Shown piece by piece: positions 16,293 through 26,649 of a stretch of DNA of 64,000 nucleotides. The translations under genes and the position numbers were made by a program. The notes under the pieces are model-generated. The model was not told the origin of the DNA. It saw only the letters and a program-made list of their open reading frames with translations, and did no database searches. Position 1 is the first letter of the stretch. Each line of letters begins with the position of its first letter. This DNA comes from an uncultured bacterium (lineage in GTDB: Bacteria > Patescibacteriota > Minisyncoccia > Moranbacterales > UBA2206). The stretch lies in contig CAIKZD010000017.1 in assembly GCA_903831805.1 (NCBI GenBank), positions 77,249-141,248 of the forward strand, in the 5' to 3' direction.

Positions 16293-17600
16293 ATGAACGA
16301 TCCTATTATTCAAGTCGAGCATTTGAAAGTGATTTATAATAAGGGCAAACAGAATGAGGTGCGCTCGCTTTTTGACGTGAGCGTGAAAATCTATCCCAAG
16401 GAATATGTCATCATTTATGGTCCGTCCGGTTGCGGCAAATCCACTTTGCTCTATTCCATGTCGGGCTTGCAGGCGCCGACGGAAGGACAAGTGACGGTGG
16501 AAGGGCGGAATCTGTCGCAGATATCCAAGAAAGATATGGTGGAATTGCATCAGGTCGGCATCGGCATGGTTTTTCAAGCTTTCTATCTGATTGCTTCGCT
16601 CAGTGTGCTGGAAAATGTCTGTCTGCCAAAAGTCTTTCGGGGGGAATCGAAAAAAGAACGACAAGAAGAAGGTGTTAAGCTTTTACATCGTTTTAGTATC
16701 GTGGAACAGGCTAAAAAATTCCCCAGCGAACTGTCCGGCGGGCAGCGTCAGCGCGTGTCTATTGCTAGGTCACTGGTCAATAATCCGCAGATCATTTTTG
16801 CGGACGAACCGGTGGGAAATCTCGACTCTGAGTCGGCGGAAAATGTGATGCGGATCCTGAAAGAGCTGAATGAAGTGGACAAAAAAACCATCATCTTGGT
16901 GACGCACAATCCTGATCATCTCCATTACGCCGATCGAATCATATATATGAAAGATGGCCGAGTGGTCAAGGAAGAAGTCAACACGGAAAAACGGCCGGTG
17001 GATGCTTTGAAGGTTCCGGATGTCAAATATGAAGAACTTTCCAATGAATTGAAACTTTTGATGCGCACTTTCAAAAATCTCAGTCTGGCCCAGATTGGCT
17101 CGCTGATGGTGCCGTTTAAGGCCAATCAGTTGATGTCGCATATCTTGTCCGAGCTCAGTCGCGAACAAGTTCAGGTGGCGGAAAGTTATCTAAAAGAGTT
17201 TTTGTTTAATAATATTGATGCGGAAACAATGTTCAAAGATCTGGATATGAAATATGAAGATGGCGGCGCGGATTGGAACAAAAGAAGAGCCGCTTCATTT
17301 ATGGAAAGAGTCACTGCCATTACGGATCTTTCACGGGCATTGACTGAGAAGAATGAAACTGAATCATCCGAGGCGATGGCCAAATATCTAATCCATCTAT
17401 TCAAATTGAAAATGGATCAGGATGAGATGCGCGTTCTGGCTTCTTTTTTACGATTGCGGCTCAGGAATAAGATTGATCGCGAAGAATTGGAAAAGAAGTT
17501 GGATGCGCCGAAAAAAGCGGAAGGGGCAGGATTACACAGCGTGACGGCGGAAAAAATTTCCCGCGAAGTGGAAATCATTATGCTTATGAAATATAGCTAA
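16293..17600 (+). CDS. ABC transporter ATP-binding protein (MacB/LolD-like) with a ~200 aa C-terminal extension
   Basis: GPSGCGKST, LSGGQRQRV, FADEPVGNLD, VTH. Confidence 0.92.
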   Translation: MNDPIIQVEHLKVIYNKGKQNEVRSLFDVSVKIYPKEYVIIYGPSGCGKSTLLYSMSGLQAPTEGQVTVEGRNLSQISKKDMVELHQVGIGMVFQAFYLIASLSVLENVCLPKVFRGESKKERQEEGVKLLHRFSIVEQAKKFPSELSGGQRQRVSIARSLVNNPQIIFADEPVGNLDSESAENVMRILKELNEVDKKTIILVTHNPDHLHYADRIIYMKDGRVVKEEVNTEKRPVDALKVPDVKYEELSNELKLLMRTFKNLSLAQIGSLMVPFKANQLMSHILSELSREQVQVAESYLKEFLFNNIDAETMFKDLDMKYEDGGADWNKRRAASFMERVTAITDLSRALTEKNETESSEAMAKYLIHLFKLKMDQDEMRVLASFLRLRLRNKIDREELEKKLDAPKKAEGAGLHSVTAEKISREVEIIMLMKYS

Positions 17601-17607
17601 AAATTTT

Positions 17608-18816
17608 ATGAAATTTAAAGATTTATTCTTGCTGTCCACTCGTATGTTCAAGGCGCGACCCTCGCGCACCTTTCTGACGATTTTGGGCATGAGTGTCGGC
17701 ATCGGAGCCATTATTTTTTTGGTGTCTTTCGGCTATGGCTTGCAAAATACGCTGTTGCAAAAAATCACTACTTCCGATTCTCTTTTGACGCTGGACGTGA
17801 CGCCAGATCGCTCTAAAGCGACACTGCTTGATCAAGGCGCGGTGGACAAAATCGCCGCAGTTAGTGGCGTGGTGAAGATTAGCCCAGCCTATCAGCTGGA
17901 TACCCGAGGCAATATTAATAATTTGTCAGCGGATTTTACCGCCCTAGTGGCTTCCCCGGATTATCTCAAACTGGGCGGGCTTAAATCCTCGGCTGGCATA
18001 TTGCTGAGCGACGAAACACTGACTGGCATCGCCATGTCCACTGCTACGGCTAAAATTTTCGGGCGTGAGCCGGTGGCATTGATTGGCAAGGACATCACGC
18101 TTTCTTTTTCGACCGCTAAGAATGCCAATGGAAGTCCTGTCAGTAATGGGGAAGCGGAAAAAATCAATATTCCAGCAGGCCAGTTTAAAATTTTAGGCAT
18201 TTTTGAGAGTGATGACAGCCTGATCTACGTCAACCAAAAAGCTTTGTCAGGTGTCCAGACGCCCGTTTTCAGCCAGTTGAAAGTCAAATGCCAGGAAAGC
18301 AAAATCATGCCAAACGTCCAGAAGGAAATAATGGGTTTAGGTTTTTCGGTGTCTTCTATTTCAGATACGGTCGATCAAGCGAATAAAATTTTTGGCATAA
18401 TCAAAGCCGTGTTGATGTTGTTTGGGTGTATTGCCCTCATTGTGAGCGCCATTGGGATGTTTAACACTATGACCATTACTCTTCTTGAGCGGACGGAAGA
18501 GATCGGGATTATGAAATCCATCGGAGCGTCTGACTCAATGATTTCTTGGATGTTCATCATGGAATCCACTATCATGGGTTTTCTGGGCGGTTTCATCGGC
18601 ATTATCATCGGCTGGACAGAAGGTCAAATCTTCAACGTCATGGTCAATCTGATTGCCACTCATTTCGGGGGAGAAAAAGTCAGCTTATTCTATAGCCCAC
18701 TGTGGTTTGTTTCGTCTGTCATTCTTTTTTCCGCTTTTGTCGGACTTCTTACTGGGATTGTACCGGCGCGGCGGGCTTCAAGAATCGATCCTCTGGAAGC
18801 GTTAAGGTATAAATAG
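17608..18816 (+). CDS. MacB/FtsX-family ABC permease
   Basis: RTFLTILG, ERTEEIGIMKSIGA, PARRASRIDPLEALRY. Confidence 0.92.
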   Translation: MKFKDLFLLSTRMFKARPSRTFLTILGMSVGIGAIIFLVSFGYGLQNTLLQKITTSDSLLTLDVTPDRSKATLLDQGAVDKIAAVSGVVKISPAYQLDTRGNINNLSADFTALVASPDYLKLGGLKSSAGILLSDETLTGIAMSTATAKIFGREPVALIGKDITLSFSTAKNANGSPVSNGEAEKINIPAGQFKILGIFESDDSLIYVNQKALSGVQTPVFSQLKVKCQESKIMPNVQKEIMGLGFSVSSISDTVDQANKIFGIIKAVLMLFGCIALIVSAIGMFNTMTITLLERTEEIGIMKSIGASDSMISWMFIMESTIMGFLGGFIGIIIGWTEGQIFNVMVNLIATHFGGEKVSLFYSPLWFVSSVILFSAFVGLLTGIVPARRASRIDPLEALRYK

Positions 18817-18837
18817 AAGTATTTTACTTTGTTCGAA

Positions 18838-18869
18838 AACAAAACCAGCCCTTAAAAAGGCTGGTTTTT
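18838..18869. terminator. Bidirectional terminator between the ABC permease and tRNA-Leu
   Basis: aaaaccagcc-cttaaaaa-ggctggtttt inverted repeat with A/T tails. Confidence 0.75.
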
Positions 18870-18955
18870 TGGTGCCGAAGGAGAGAATCGAACTCTCATG
18901 GAATTGCTCCCGCGCGATTTTGAGTCGCGTGCGTCTACCGTTCCGCCACTTCGGC
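18870..18955 (-). tRNA. tRNA-Leu(CAA)
   Basis: Reverse complement GCCGAAGTGGCGGAACGGTAGACGCACGCGACTCAAAATCGCG...GTTCGATTCTCTCCTTCGGCACCA; anticodon CAA, long variable arm, encoded CCA. Confidence 0.96.
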
Positions 18956-19011
18956 AAGTTATTTTGTGTTTTGCTCCTTCTATAGTACAATAAGGATAAC
19001 ACTTAGACATT

Positions 19012-19803
19012 ATGGCAAAAATAATTTCATTAGTCAACCAGAAAGGCGGAGTGGGCAAAACCACCTCGGCTATCAACCTGGCGACCTATTTGGCCGCGGC
19101 CGGGAAGTTTGTGCTGCTCTGCGACCTTGATCCACAAGGCAATGCTTCGTCCGGCTTGGGACTAGACGTGCGTAACATCAAAAAAAGCCTTTATCATTCC
19201 ATGATCATTGGGGAGCATCCGTCGAAAATCATTATCCGCACGGAAACTTTTGGTCATGATCTGATTCCGGCTTCGCAAGATTTGGCCGGTGCCGGTATCG
19301 AGCTGGTGCATATGGAAAATCGTGAATTTCGACTGTATAATGTGCTGCGAGAAATCCGCACCAACTATGATTACATCATCATTGATTCGCCGCCGAGTCT
19401 TGGCCTGCTCACAATCAATGGTCTCGTGGCCAGCGATGAAATCATCATCCCAGTGCAGACGGAATATTTCGCGCTGGAAGGACTGAGTCAGCTCCTGAAC
19501 ACAATTGATCTAGTGCGTGACAACTTGCAGCCCAATTTGAAAATTATGGGCGCGCTGCTTACGATGTATGACAAGCGGAACCGTTTGGCGCGCCAAGTAG
19601 TGCGAGAAATTCAGGATCATTTTCCCGGACATGTCTTCGATTCGATCGTGCCGCGCTCGGTGCGGTTGGCGGAAGCCCCCGGTTTTGGCAAATCAATTTT
19701 GAGTTTTGATGCTTTTTCCAAAGGGGCGCGGGCGTATAAAAATCTGGCGCGGGAAATCATTGAATTGGATAAAAAGGATAATAAAAAAGGATTTAGCGTA
19801 TAG
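19012..19803 (+). CDS. parA: Chromosome partitioning ATPase ParA/Soj
   Basis: NQKGGVGKTT, DLDPQGNAS, IDSPPSLG, RSVRLAEAP. Confidence 0.96.
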   Translation: MAKIISLVNQKGGVGKTTSAINLATYLAAAGKFVLLCDLDPQGNASSGLGLDVRNIKKSLYHSMIIGEHPSKIIIRTETFGHDLIPASQDLAGAGIELVHMENREFRLYNVLREIRTNYDYIIIDSPPSLGLLTINGLVASDEIIIPVQTEYFALEGLSQLLNTIDLVRDNLQPNLKIMGALLTMYDKRNRLARQVVREIQDHFPGHVFDSIVPRSVRLAEAPGFGKSILSFDAFSKGARAYKNLAREIIELDKKDNKKGFSV

Positions 19804-19826
19804 GGTCAATTTTAACTTTTATATTT

Positions 19827-20777
19827 ATGGCACAAAACTATGGATTAGGCAGGGGACTCTCCTCCCTTATCCCGCAAAAAAAACCTCCAGTACAAACTTC
19901 AGATGACGTAATCAGCGAGCCCAAAGAAGATTTCAACTATTTTGGGAATCGGGGAAATGTTTCCGCAGGCATCGGAAAGATGGCTGAGGAAAAGAAAGCG
20001 GGTCTCGATGAAAATGTCATTCAAGAAGTGGCGGTGGCCAGCATTATTCCCAATCCGTATCAACCGCGTTTGGAATTTAATGAAGAAAAATTGCAGGAAT
20101 TGTCCAACTCGATTAAGACCCACGGTATCATCCAGCCTTTGATCGTCACTAAAAACGAGGCCGGGTTCGAGCTGATTGCGGGGGAAAGAAGATTGCAAGC
20201 GGCCAAGTTGGCCGGACTCTTAAAGGTGCCAGTGATTGTGCGCGAAGCGAGCGAGCAGAATAAATTCGAATTGGCCATTATTGAAAATGTGCAGCGCCAT
20301 GATTTGAATCTGGTGGAAGAAGCCAAGTCGTATAAAAAGTTGGCGGAAGAATTTGACTTAAGTCAGGAGGAGATTGCTCAAAAAATCGGCAAGAGCCGCA
20401 GTGTGATCGCTAACCGTATGCGCCTCCTTACTTTGCCGATCGAAATCCAAAAAGCGTTGACACTTGGAAGCATAACTGAAGGTCATGCCAAGCTGCTTTT
20501 GGCTATTCCGAATCCGGAAAAACAACGGGCTTTTTTTGAAATGATTTTGAAAGATAAGTTGACGGTGCGCCAGACCGAAAGTCGGACCAATGAAATTTCG
20601 GTGCGCACACACAAACGAAAAATTTCCGTTGACCCGGAAACAAAAAACTTGGAGGACAACTTTTCGGCCGTCCTTGGCACTAAAGTCCGAATCAAGAAGT
20701 CCGGCACTGGCGGACGCATTGTAATTGAATATTATTCGCCGGAAGAGCTGGATGGAATTTTAGGCAAGATAAAATAA
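19827..20777 (+). CDS. parB: ParB/Spo0J
   Basis: GLGRGLSSLI, NPYQPR, LIAGERRLQA, IIENVQRHDLN. Confidence 0.96.
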   Translation: MAQNYGLGRGLSSLIPQKKPPVQTSDDVISEPKEDFNYFGNRGNVSAGIGKMAEEKKAGLDENVIQEVAVASIIPNPYQPRLEFNEEKLQELSNSIKTHGIIQPLIVTKNEAGFELIAGERRLQAAKLAGLLKVPVIVREASEQNKFELAIIENVQRHDLNLVEEAKSYKKLAEEFDLSQEEIAQKIGKSRSVIANRMRLLTLPIEIQKALTLGSITEGHAKLLLAIPNPEKQRAFFEMILKDKLTVRQTESRTNEISVRTHKRKISVDPETKNLEDNFSAVLGTKVRIKKSGTGGRIVIEYYSPEELDGILGKIK

Positions 20778-20787
20778 ATTATTTGTT

Positions 20788-21768
20788 ATGAATAAAAAAT
20801 ATTTAACGGCCGGGTTTGTATTGGCGGTGGTCTTGGTCGCCGGATTTTTATTTTGGAAAAAAAATAATCAAGCGGCTGTTCTCAAAAATGGCTCTAAAAC
20901 TCAGTCGCTGGATATTTCCCAAGTTGTTCCATACACCGCGCCTAAAACGCCAGTCAAACATATCTTCATTGTGCTGGAAGAAAACAAGGATTATGCCGCA
21001 GTCGTGGGCAACACTAAAGATATGCCGTACTGGAATTCTTTGTCCGGTACATATGCGAGCGCGGACAACTATTATGCCAACACTCATCCTTCGGTGGGCA
21101 ATTATTTCATGTTGACGGCCGGGAAAATCATCACTAATAATGATGGCTATGCCAAGACGATTGACGATGACAATATAGTGCGGCAGCTCATGGCGGCCGG
21201 TAAAACCTGGAAAGAATATTCGGAAGATCTGCCAGCTGTTGGTTACACCGGTGGCAACGTCGGCAATTACAGTCAGCACCATAATCCATTGTCCTATTTT
21301 TCCGATGTGCGCAATAACCCACAGCAGGCGCAAAACCTGGTGCCTTTCTCTCAGTTGGCCACCGATATCACCAATAACACTTTGCCGGAATATGCTTTTA
21401 TCGTGCCCAATATGATTAATGATGCACACAGCTGTCCCGCTAGTGGACCGTGTAATGAACTCGCGGCGGCGGACAAATGGCTGAAAGAAAAAATTGATCC
21501 ACTCGTAAAAAGCCCGGAATTTAGCATGCCCGGCGGGGGACTGCTCATTCTCACTTTCGATGAAGCGGACGCATCAGACAAAACCAATGGCGGGGGACGC
21601 ATCCCCTGGGTCTTGGTAGGCCCGGATGTGAAGAAAGGTTATGTCAGTCATACTTTCTACCAACAAGAAAACACTTTACGTTTTATGGCAGAGGAAGCTG
21701 GTTTGACCACTTTTCCCGGGGCGGCAGCCAACGTAAGCAGTATGCAAGAATTTATGCAAGGCAATTAG
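20788..21768 (+). CDS. Exported acid phosphatase/phosphoesterase (PF04185-like)
   Basis: N-terminal TM anchor; KHIFIVLEEN, HPSVGNY, HNP, TFDE. Confidence 0.82.
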   Translation: MNKKYLTAGFVLAVVLVAGFLFWKKNNQAAVLKNGSKTQSLDISQVVPYTAPKTPVKHIFIVLEENKDYAAVVGNTKDMPYWNSLSGTYASADNYYANTHPSVGNYFMLTAGKIITNNDGYAKTIDDDNIVRQLMAAGKTWKEYSEDLPAVGYTGGNVGNYSQHHNPLSYFSDVRNNPQQAQNLVPFSQLATDITNNTLPEYAFIVPNMINDAHSCPASGPCNELAAADKWLKEKIDPLVKSPEFSMPGGGLLILTFDEADASDKTNGGGRIPWVLVGPDVKKGYVSHTFYQQENTLRFMAEEAGLTTFPGAAANVSSMQEFMQGN

Positions 21769-21770
21769 AT

Positions 21771-23429
21771 TCAATTCACAAGTTTCGAAATAGACACTTG
21801 CCCGAAATTTTGGCGGCTATCAATTGGGTAGTCGTTTTCTTTTTCAGCTGAAGAATTTTTTACATTAGCCTCTATATAGAAAAGGGGTATATGCAGTCGG
21901 ATATTGTCTGGTCGTGGGGTTTGCAGCAAGGTAAAATTTTGTTCTTCAGCTAAATATTGTAAGGCTTTGGAAAAATTGGATAAATAGCGCGGGTCACCTG
22001 TCAGTTGCGCTTCTTTTTGATTGTCTGAGTTAGCTATAATGTATTGCAACATCGGTTCGATTTCTCCCAGCACGACAAAGTGCTCATTGCTGCGGTTTTT
22101 AGCGGTTAGCTCGTGGGCGTTGGTGGCGATAACTTGTAGATTGACCAAGGCCACCGCTAGAAAAAGCAGGACGATCAGGAAAGAATAAAAACGGGCAAAT
22201 TTTCGGATAGGATATTCAGCCAAAAAACCAAGGAAGAGGAAAGGTAGGAAAAAGATATGGATGAAATAGCGGAAATCCACAAAGCCGGCGTTGACAATCA
22301 TGGTCATTACGAAAAATGACAGGATTGAATAGAGCGCGATCAGATGCAAAAAATATTTTTTACTTTCATCTTTTTCACTGAAACATCGATGGATGAATAA
22401 GGCATAGCCAAGGATTGAAAATATGAGACCCAGGAGCAGGATTTTTTTAGAGTTGGGTAGTTCTTGGGTTCGGAGGCGCACTCCGGAAACGACAGTGTTA
22501 TTCCGGAAGAGAGCTAGGTAGGAAAGTGTACAGGCGTTGGCTCCGTCAGAAGAAGCCATGTAGGTGTTGGCTTCTATGTGACAATCCACTGCATTGACAA
22601 ACATGGTGCGCAGAGAATTTTTTCTATCTTGACCGACCGAGCCATGCGAAGTGAAGTTGTTCAGAAAAATTTTAGTGTTGGAAAAGTTAGCTTGAAACTC
22701 ACTGATGATTTGTGGCACGTTCAGAATAAAAGCGATACATAGCACAGCGGCCATTTTTTTCCACAAGGTTTTATTTTTGAGCCACAAATAAACAAAAGCA
22801 AAAAAAAGCGTGGCTGGCAAGAGCCCCATTAGGATGGCGTGCAATTGGAAGCCAATGCCCAGGGCTATGCCCAGAGAAAGTATCCACATCCAGTGTGTCT
22901 GTTCTTTTTTAACCAATAACTCATGTAGTGAAAGCAAGAACAAGAGGACAAAAAAGGGAATGATATTCGGATTCCACGCGAAGCGCGAATATTGGATGGA
23001 AAAGGAAGAAATGGCGTAAAGACCAGTTAGACTCAGGGATATATTTTGGTTGAAATAGCGTCTAACAAAAAGATAAAAAAGCGGCAGTGACAAAATTGAA
23101 AAGAAAAGGATTGGGTAAACTGTTGTGTCGGGCTGGGTGCCAAAAATCTGGGCACTCATAATTTGGAAATAATAAAAGATTGGGCCGAGGTGGAAAATTT
23201 TACTATGCGGCCCGCCCGAGCCGGTCATATCCGGGCCGAGGAGCGGCCAGGCGGTGTGTCCTTGCACGACATTACGCACCAATGTGGCTTCGGCCACTTG
23301 ATCATTTTCGAATTCCAACCAGGCATGAAAATGATAAGTGCGCAAAAAAATCCCGACCACGATTATTGCAATCAATAGCCATATCTTATAGCTGACTTTC
23401 TTCAGCTGCAAAAAGAAATCCTTGTTCAT
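21771..23429 (-). CDS. GT-C glycosyltransferase (GT39/ArnT/PMT-like)
   Basis: FLRTY, DQ, PLLGP, GPIFYY, SRFAWNPN, QLH; polytopic. Confidence 0.82.
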   Translation of the reverse strand: MNKDFFLQLKKVSYKIWLLIAIIVVGIFLRTYHFHAWLEFENDQVAEATLVRNVVQGHTAWPLLGPDMTGSGGPHSKIFHLGPIFYYFQIMSAQIFGTQPDTTVYPILFFSILSLPLFYLFVRRYFNQNISLSLTGLYAISSFSIQYSRFAWNPNIIPFFVLLFLLSLHELLVKKEQTHWMWILSLGIALGIGFQLHAILMGLLPATLFFAFVYLWLKNKTLWKKMAAVLCIAFILNVPQIISEFQANFSNTKIFLNNFTSHGSVGQDRKNSLRTMFVNAVDCHIEANTYMASSDGANACTLSYLALFRNNTVVSGVRLRTQELPNSKKILLLGLIFSILGYALFIHRCFSEKDESKKYFLHLIALYSILSFFVMTMIVNAGFVDFRYFIHIFFLPFLFLGFLAEYPIRKFARFYSFLIVLLFLAVALVNLQVIATNAHELTAKNRSNEHFVVLGEIEPMLQYIIANSDNQKEAQLTGDPRYLSNFSKALQYLAEEQNFTLLQTPRPDNIRLHIPLFYIEANVKNSSAEKENDYPIDSRQNFGQVSISKLVN

Positions 23430-23462
23430 TGTGATTTTAGGGTGGGGTGAGTTTAAATTGTT

Positions 23463-25421
23463 TTAAAATCGACTGATGAGCCAGTCCCAAAAACGCACGA
23501 AGGAGTTGGCGGTTGGATGCACCGATAAAATAAAGCCGTTCCGCGGGGCTTGAGAAAAATCGAAATCATTTTTAAGATCGCCCAAGATTGGGACATTTTC
23601 CCGTACTGTCGGTCGCGGATCGGGGCGGCCATCAGTTGCGGGATCGAGCCGGGCGCCCTGCATAAAATCGTCTTCTATAAATTTTAAATAGGCGTCAAAA
23701 CTCAGTGTTTGATGATCAATGTAACCTTTTTTAGCATACGGGCTAATGACCAGACTCGGAACTCGTAGTCCATAGCCATTTTGATCAACCACTGGCGGCG
23801 TGACATGATCATAAAATCCGCCCCAGTCATCCCAGGCCAGGATAATAGCAGAGTCTTTCCATTCCGGACTTTGCATGACAGCGTTTATTATGCTAGTGGT
23901 GTAAGCTTGGCCATCGCTAATAAGGGCTGGAGAGTGTTCGCTATTAGTCTGATTGGGGACAATCCAAGACACGCTGGGCAGCGTGTCGTTTTTAGCGGCG
24001 GTAATAAATTTATTGATATCTTGAATGTTTTGTAATTGGTTATTTTGTTTCACCGTTTCAAAATCAACCAAGGGATTCCAATAGCTGGAGATGTGGGGAT
24101 TTTGCGGCAAGGGCGCACAAGTCATGGCGTCATCGTCGCAATCCGGTTGCGCACCTTGGTCTAAATAATAGCCCCAACTGACATTATATTTATGCAATAA
24201 ATAAGTGATATCTGTCCAAGCATAGTCCGGGTTGTTTTTGGGTAATTTCGGACTTTGCAATTTATTTTGACAGCTCATTGGGTCACTCGATTTACACTTG
24301 GCTGACCAAGATGAAACCATATAGAGGTGAGCGATCAAGCTCCAGGAGGCGTTCGGTTCGAACATATGGTCTTGTAAGACAAAATTTTTGGCGTAAGTCC
24401 AATAATTGGGAATTTCCGCGTCAGTGTGATAACCCACTACATCCGGTAAACCTTTATTAGTCGCGCAGCTTGGATCAGGATTATTTTTACACGCTTGCTT
24501 AATGGCTGCTTCTTCTTGGACGATAAACCCATCCATCTTGCCACTATTGATGTCACCGACCGCGTCGCTAGCTTGGTGTGGTCCGCCGGAATTTTGATCT
24601 TGCACGTTATGGAAGGGCTTTATGCAAGTCTTAGTGTTAGGGTCGGGAATGCAAACGGTTGGTTGGTCATTCTTCATCGGAATACCATCCGCGCCAGGGA
24701 ACGTGCCGAAATAGGAATCGAAAGAGCGATTTTCCTGCATGATAAAGATGACGTGTTTGATCTTATGGATGTCGTCGTCCGTGGAGGTTTGTAGGGCGAC
24801 GTTGCCCGTAGTGTCCAGATTGTAAAGCTTATTCCAAGGCATCTGTTTGTTCCCAATTATGAAAACAACTAGACCGGCTAAAAAAATAAAACCAATAATT
24901 AATATGAACCAAGAACGCTTGCTTAACTTAGGAAAATGCAAGCGATCTATTTTTGCGATTAAGTGTGGAAAAATTAACTTCCAAGCGAAATAGGCTACGG
25001 CCGCGGAAAGTATCAAACTAGTAGAAATATCCACCCAGTGATGTACGCCGGCTAGTACTCGAGCAGCGCCGACTATGGCGGCGGCCACAAAGAAGAGTGA
25101 GCCAGCTTTTTTTCGGAAACAAAAAATGGCGGCGGCCACTGCGCCTAAAATCAGCGTATGGTCCGAAGGGAAGCCATTATCGGCGTCGTGCGGGATAAGT
25201 GGGACAAAATGGCTAGCCACGAACGGACGAGGATCATAATAAGCCAAAGACAATAGTTTGGCTGCGGCGTAGGTCAGTGGCAGCGCTAGCAGGGCAAAAA
25301 ATAAAAAGCGCCGGCGTTCGACTGCGGGCAATCGGAAAAGAAACCACAGGGCGGCGGCCAAAACCAAAAAGATGAAATCTTTAGCCAGGAAAATTATAAG
25401 CAGGTTGAATAAATTAGACAT
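23463..25421 (-). CDS. PAP2 phosphatase fused to a phospholipase C/phosphoesterase domain
   Basis: [18 protein letters not shown] (PAP2); [36 protein letters not shown] (PF04185). Confidence 0.85.
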   Translation of the reverse strand: MSNLFNLLIIFLAKDFIFLVLAAALWFLFRLPAVERRRFLFFALLALPLTYAAAKLLSLAYYDPRPFVASHFVPLIPHDADNGFPSDHTLILGAVAAAIFCFRKKAGSLFFVAAAIVGAARVLAGVHHWVDISTSLILSAAVAYFAWKLIFPHLIAKIDRLHFPKLSKRSWFILIIGFIFLAGLVVFIIGNKQMPWNKLYNLDTTGNVALQTSTDDDIHKIKHVIFIMQENRSFDSYFGTFPGADGIPMKNDQPTVCIPDPNTKTCIKPFHNVQDQNSGGPHQASDAVGDINSGKMDGFIVQEEAAIKQACKNNPDPSCATNKGLPDVVGYHTDAEIPNYWTYAKNFVLQDHMFEPNASWSLIAHLYMVSSWSAKCKSSDPMSCQNKLQSPKLPKNNPDYAWTDITYLLHKYNVSWGYYLDQGAQPDCDDDAMTCAPLPQNPHISSYWNPLVDFETVKQNNQLQNIQDINKFITAAKNDTLPSVSWIVPNQTNSEHSPALISDGQAYTTSIINAVMQSPEWKDSAIILAWDDWGGFYDHVTPPVVDQNGYGLRVPSLVISPYAKKGYIDHQTLSFDAYLKFIEDDFMQGARLDPATDGRPDPRPTVRENVPILGDLKNDFDFSQAPRNGFILSVHPTANSFVRFWDWLISRF

Positions 25422-25447
25422 GAGGAGTAGTACTTTTGTTAGTTAAA

Positions 25448-26617
25448 TTATTTCTTATACAGATAGAAGAAATCTTTGGCATAGCCGTTCAAATATTCTT
25501 TGGAGCCGTCAGTCAATTCTTTGGTCAAAGTCGTAGAAGTGTATTTTCCTCCGCCGGCCGGCTCGAAAATGTTGAACCGCACCCAGATGGGATTGATGTC
25601 CAACTGGATGGCATTAACCGCGCCGGCGGTTTTTAGAGCAGCGGCCAGGGTGTCTGGGGTGAGATTGTTGCCGACGGCGAAAATCAAATTGCCTTTGGCG
25701 GTGAGGCCGATGCCAGAACGCCAAGTATAGATGCCCACCGTGCCAGCGGCCAAGCGACCCCAAAGCAGTTTATTTTTTGGGTCAGACACGCTGATATTTC
25801 CGTCTTGGATAAGCATTGGGCAATTTTGGCGAATAAACAGCATGTCGCTGCCAAAAGACTGGCCGGAATAATCCACAATTTTCAAGCTCCCGTCTTTATA
25901 ACCAACCAGCGTGCCTAGATCATTTTTGAGAGGCAGGTAAGTGGTGCTGCCGACAATCATCCCGTATTGACCATCTTTATATTGGAAGCCGCCATCAAAA
26001 GCGGAAATAAGATTGCCACTAGCTAAAATATCTTTGGGAATCACGCCCGGTCCGGGTTTTCCCACTGGCCCGCCGGGTTGCTTTGTGCCGGCTACGCTGC
26101 CCATTTGCATGACACTCATATCCATCTGTACTAAAGTCACGCTGGCATAGGACCTGTCCGGATCAGGGCGGACAAAGGTATAAGCCATCACCTCTTGGCC
26201 GGGAAAAAGACTGAGGGGGTGGTCGCGCCATACGCCTTCACCGTCCAGCGGTGGGAAAGAGTTAATAAGACTAATCGGATTCAAATCTAAATTTCCGCCG
26301 CTGATGTTGGATGCGCCGGCATCTTCGAATCGGGGCGGTTTATCGGCGTGTAAGTTGTTAGTCAAACGTTGCAATTGATCGGAAGTATTGAAAAAAATCT
26401 TTTCAAGATAAACGACCCGGTTATCGCCCAATAGTGGTCGCAGAACATTATCCGTAAAAACGGCCGCCGCCCCCAGATTGAGTTTCAAGAAGAATAGAGC
26501 GCCTAGCAAAAGCAAACACCCGGCCAAAATTATTTTTATGACCCAGTGTATTTTTCGGCGTTTCTTTTTTCCAGAATTTTCAACCGGTGTGGCCGGTGTT
26601 TGAGAAGTTTCTTCCAT
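25448..26617 (-). CDS. Membrane-anchored phosphodiester glycosidase-like (NAGPA/DUF2233) protein
   Basis: One TM helix; SAFDGGF, TWRSGIG, AIQLDIN. Confidence 0.6.
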   Translation of the reverse strand: MEETSQTPATPVENSGKKKRRKIHWVIKIILAGCLLLLGALFFLKLNLGAAAVFTDNVLRPLLGDNRVVYLEKIFFNTSDQLQRLTNNLHADKPPRFEDAGASNISGGNLDLNPISLINSFPPLDGEGVWRDHPLSLFPGQEVMAYTFVRPDPDRSYASVTLVQMDMSVMQMGSVAGTKQPGGPVGKPGPGVIPKDILASGNLISAFDGGFQYKDGQYGMIVGSTTYLPLKNDLGTLVGYKDGSLKIVDYSGQSFGSDMLFIRQNCPMLIQDGNISVSDPKNKLLWGRLAAGTVGIYTWRSGIGLTAKGNLIFAVGNNLTPDTLAAALKTAGAVNAIQLDINPIWVRFNIFEPAGGGKYTSTTLTKELTDGSKEYLNGYAKDFFYLYKK

Positions 26618-26649
26618 AGATAGGCTATTTTTGCACTAAGGATTAAAAT

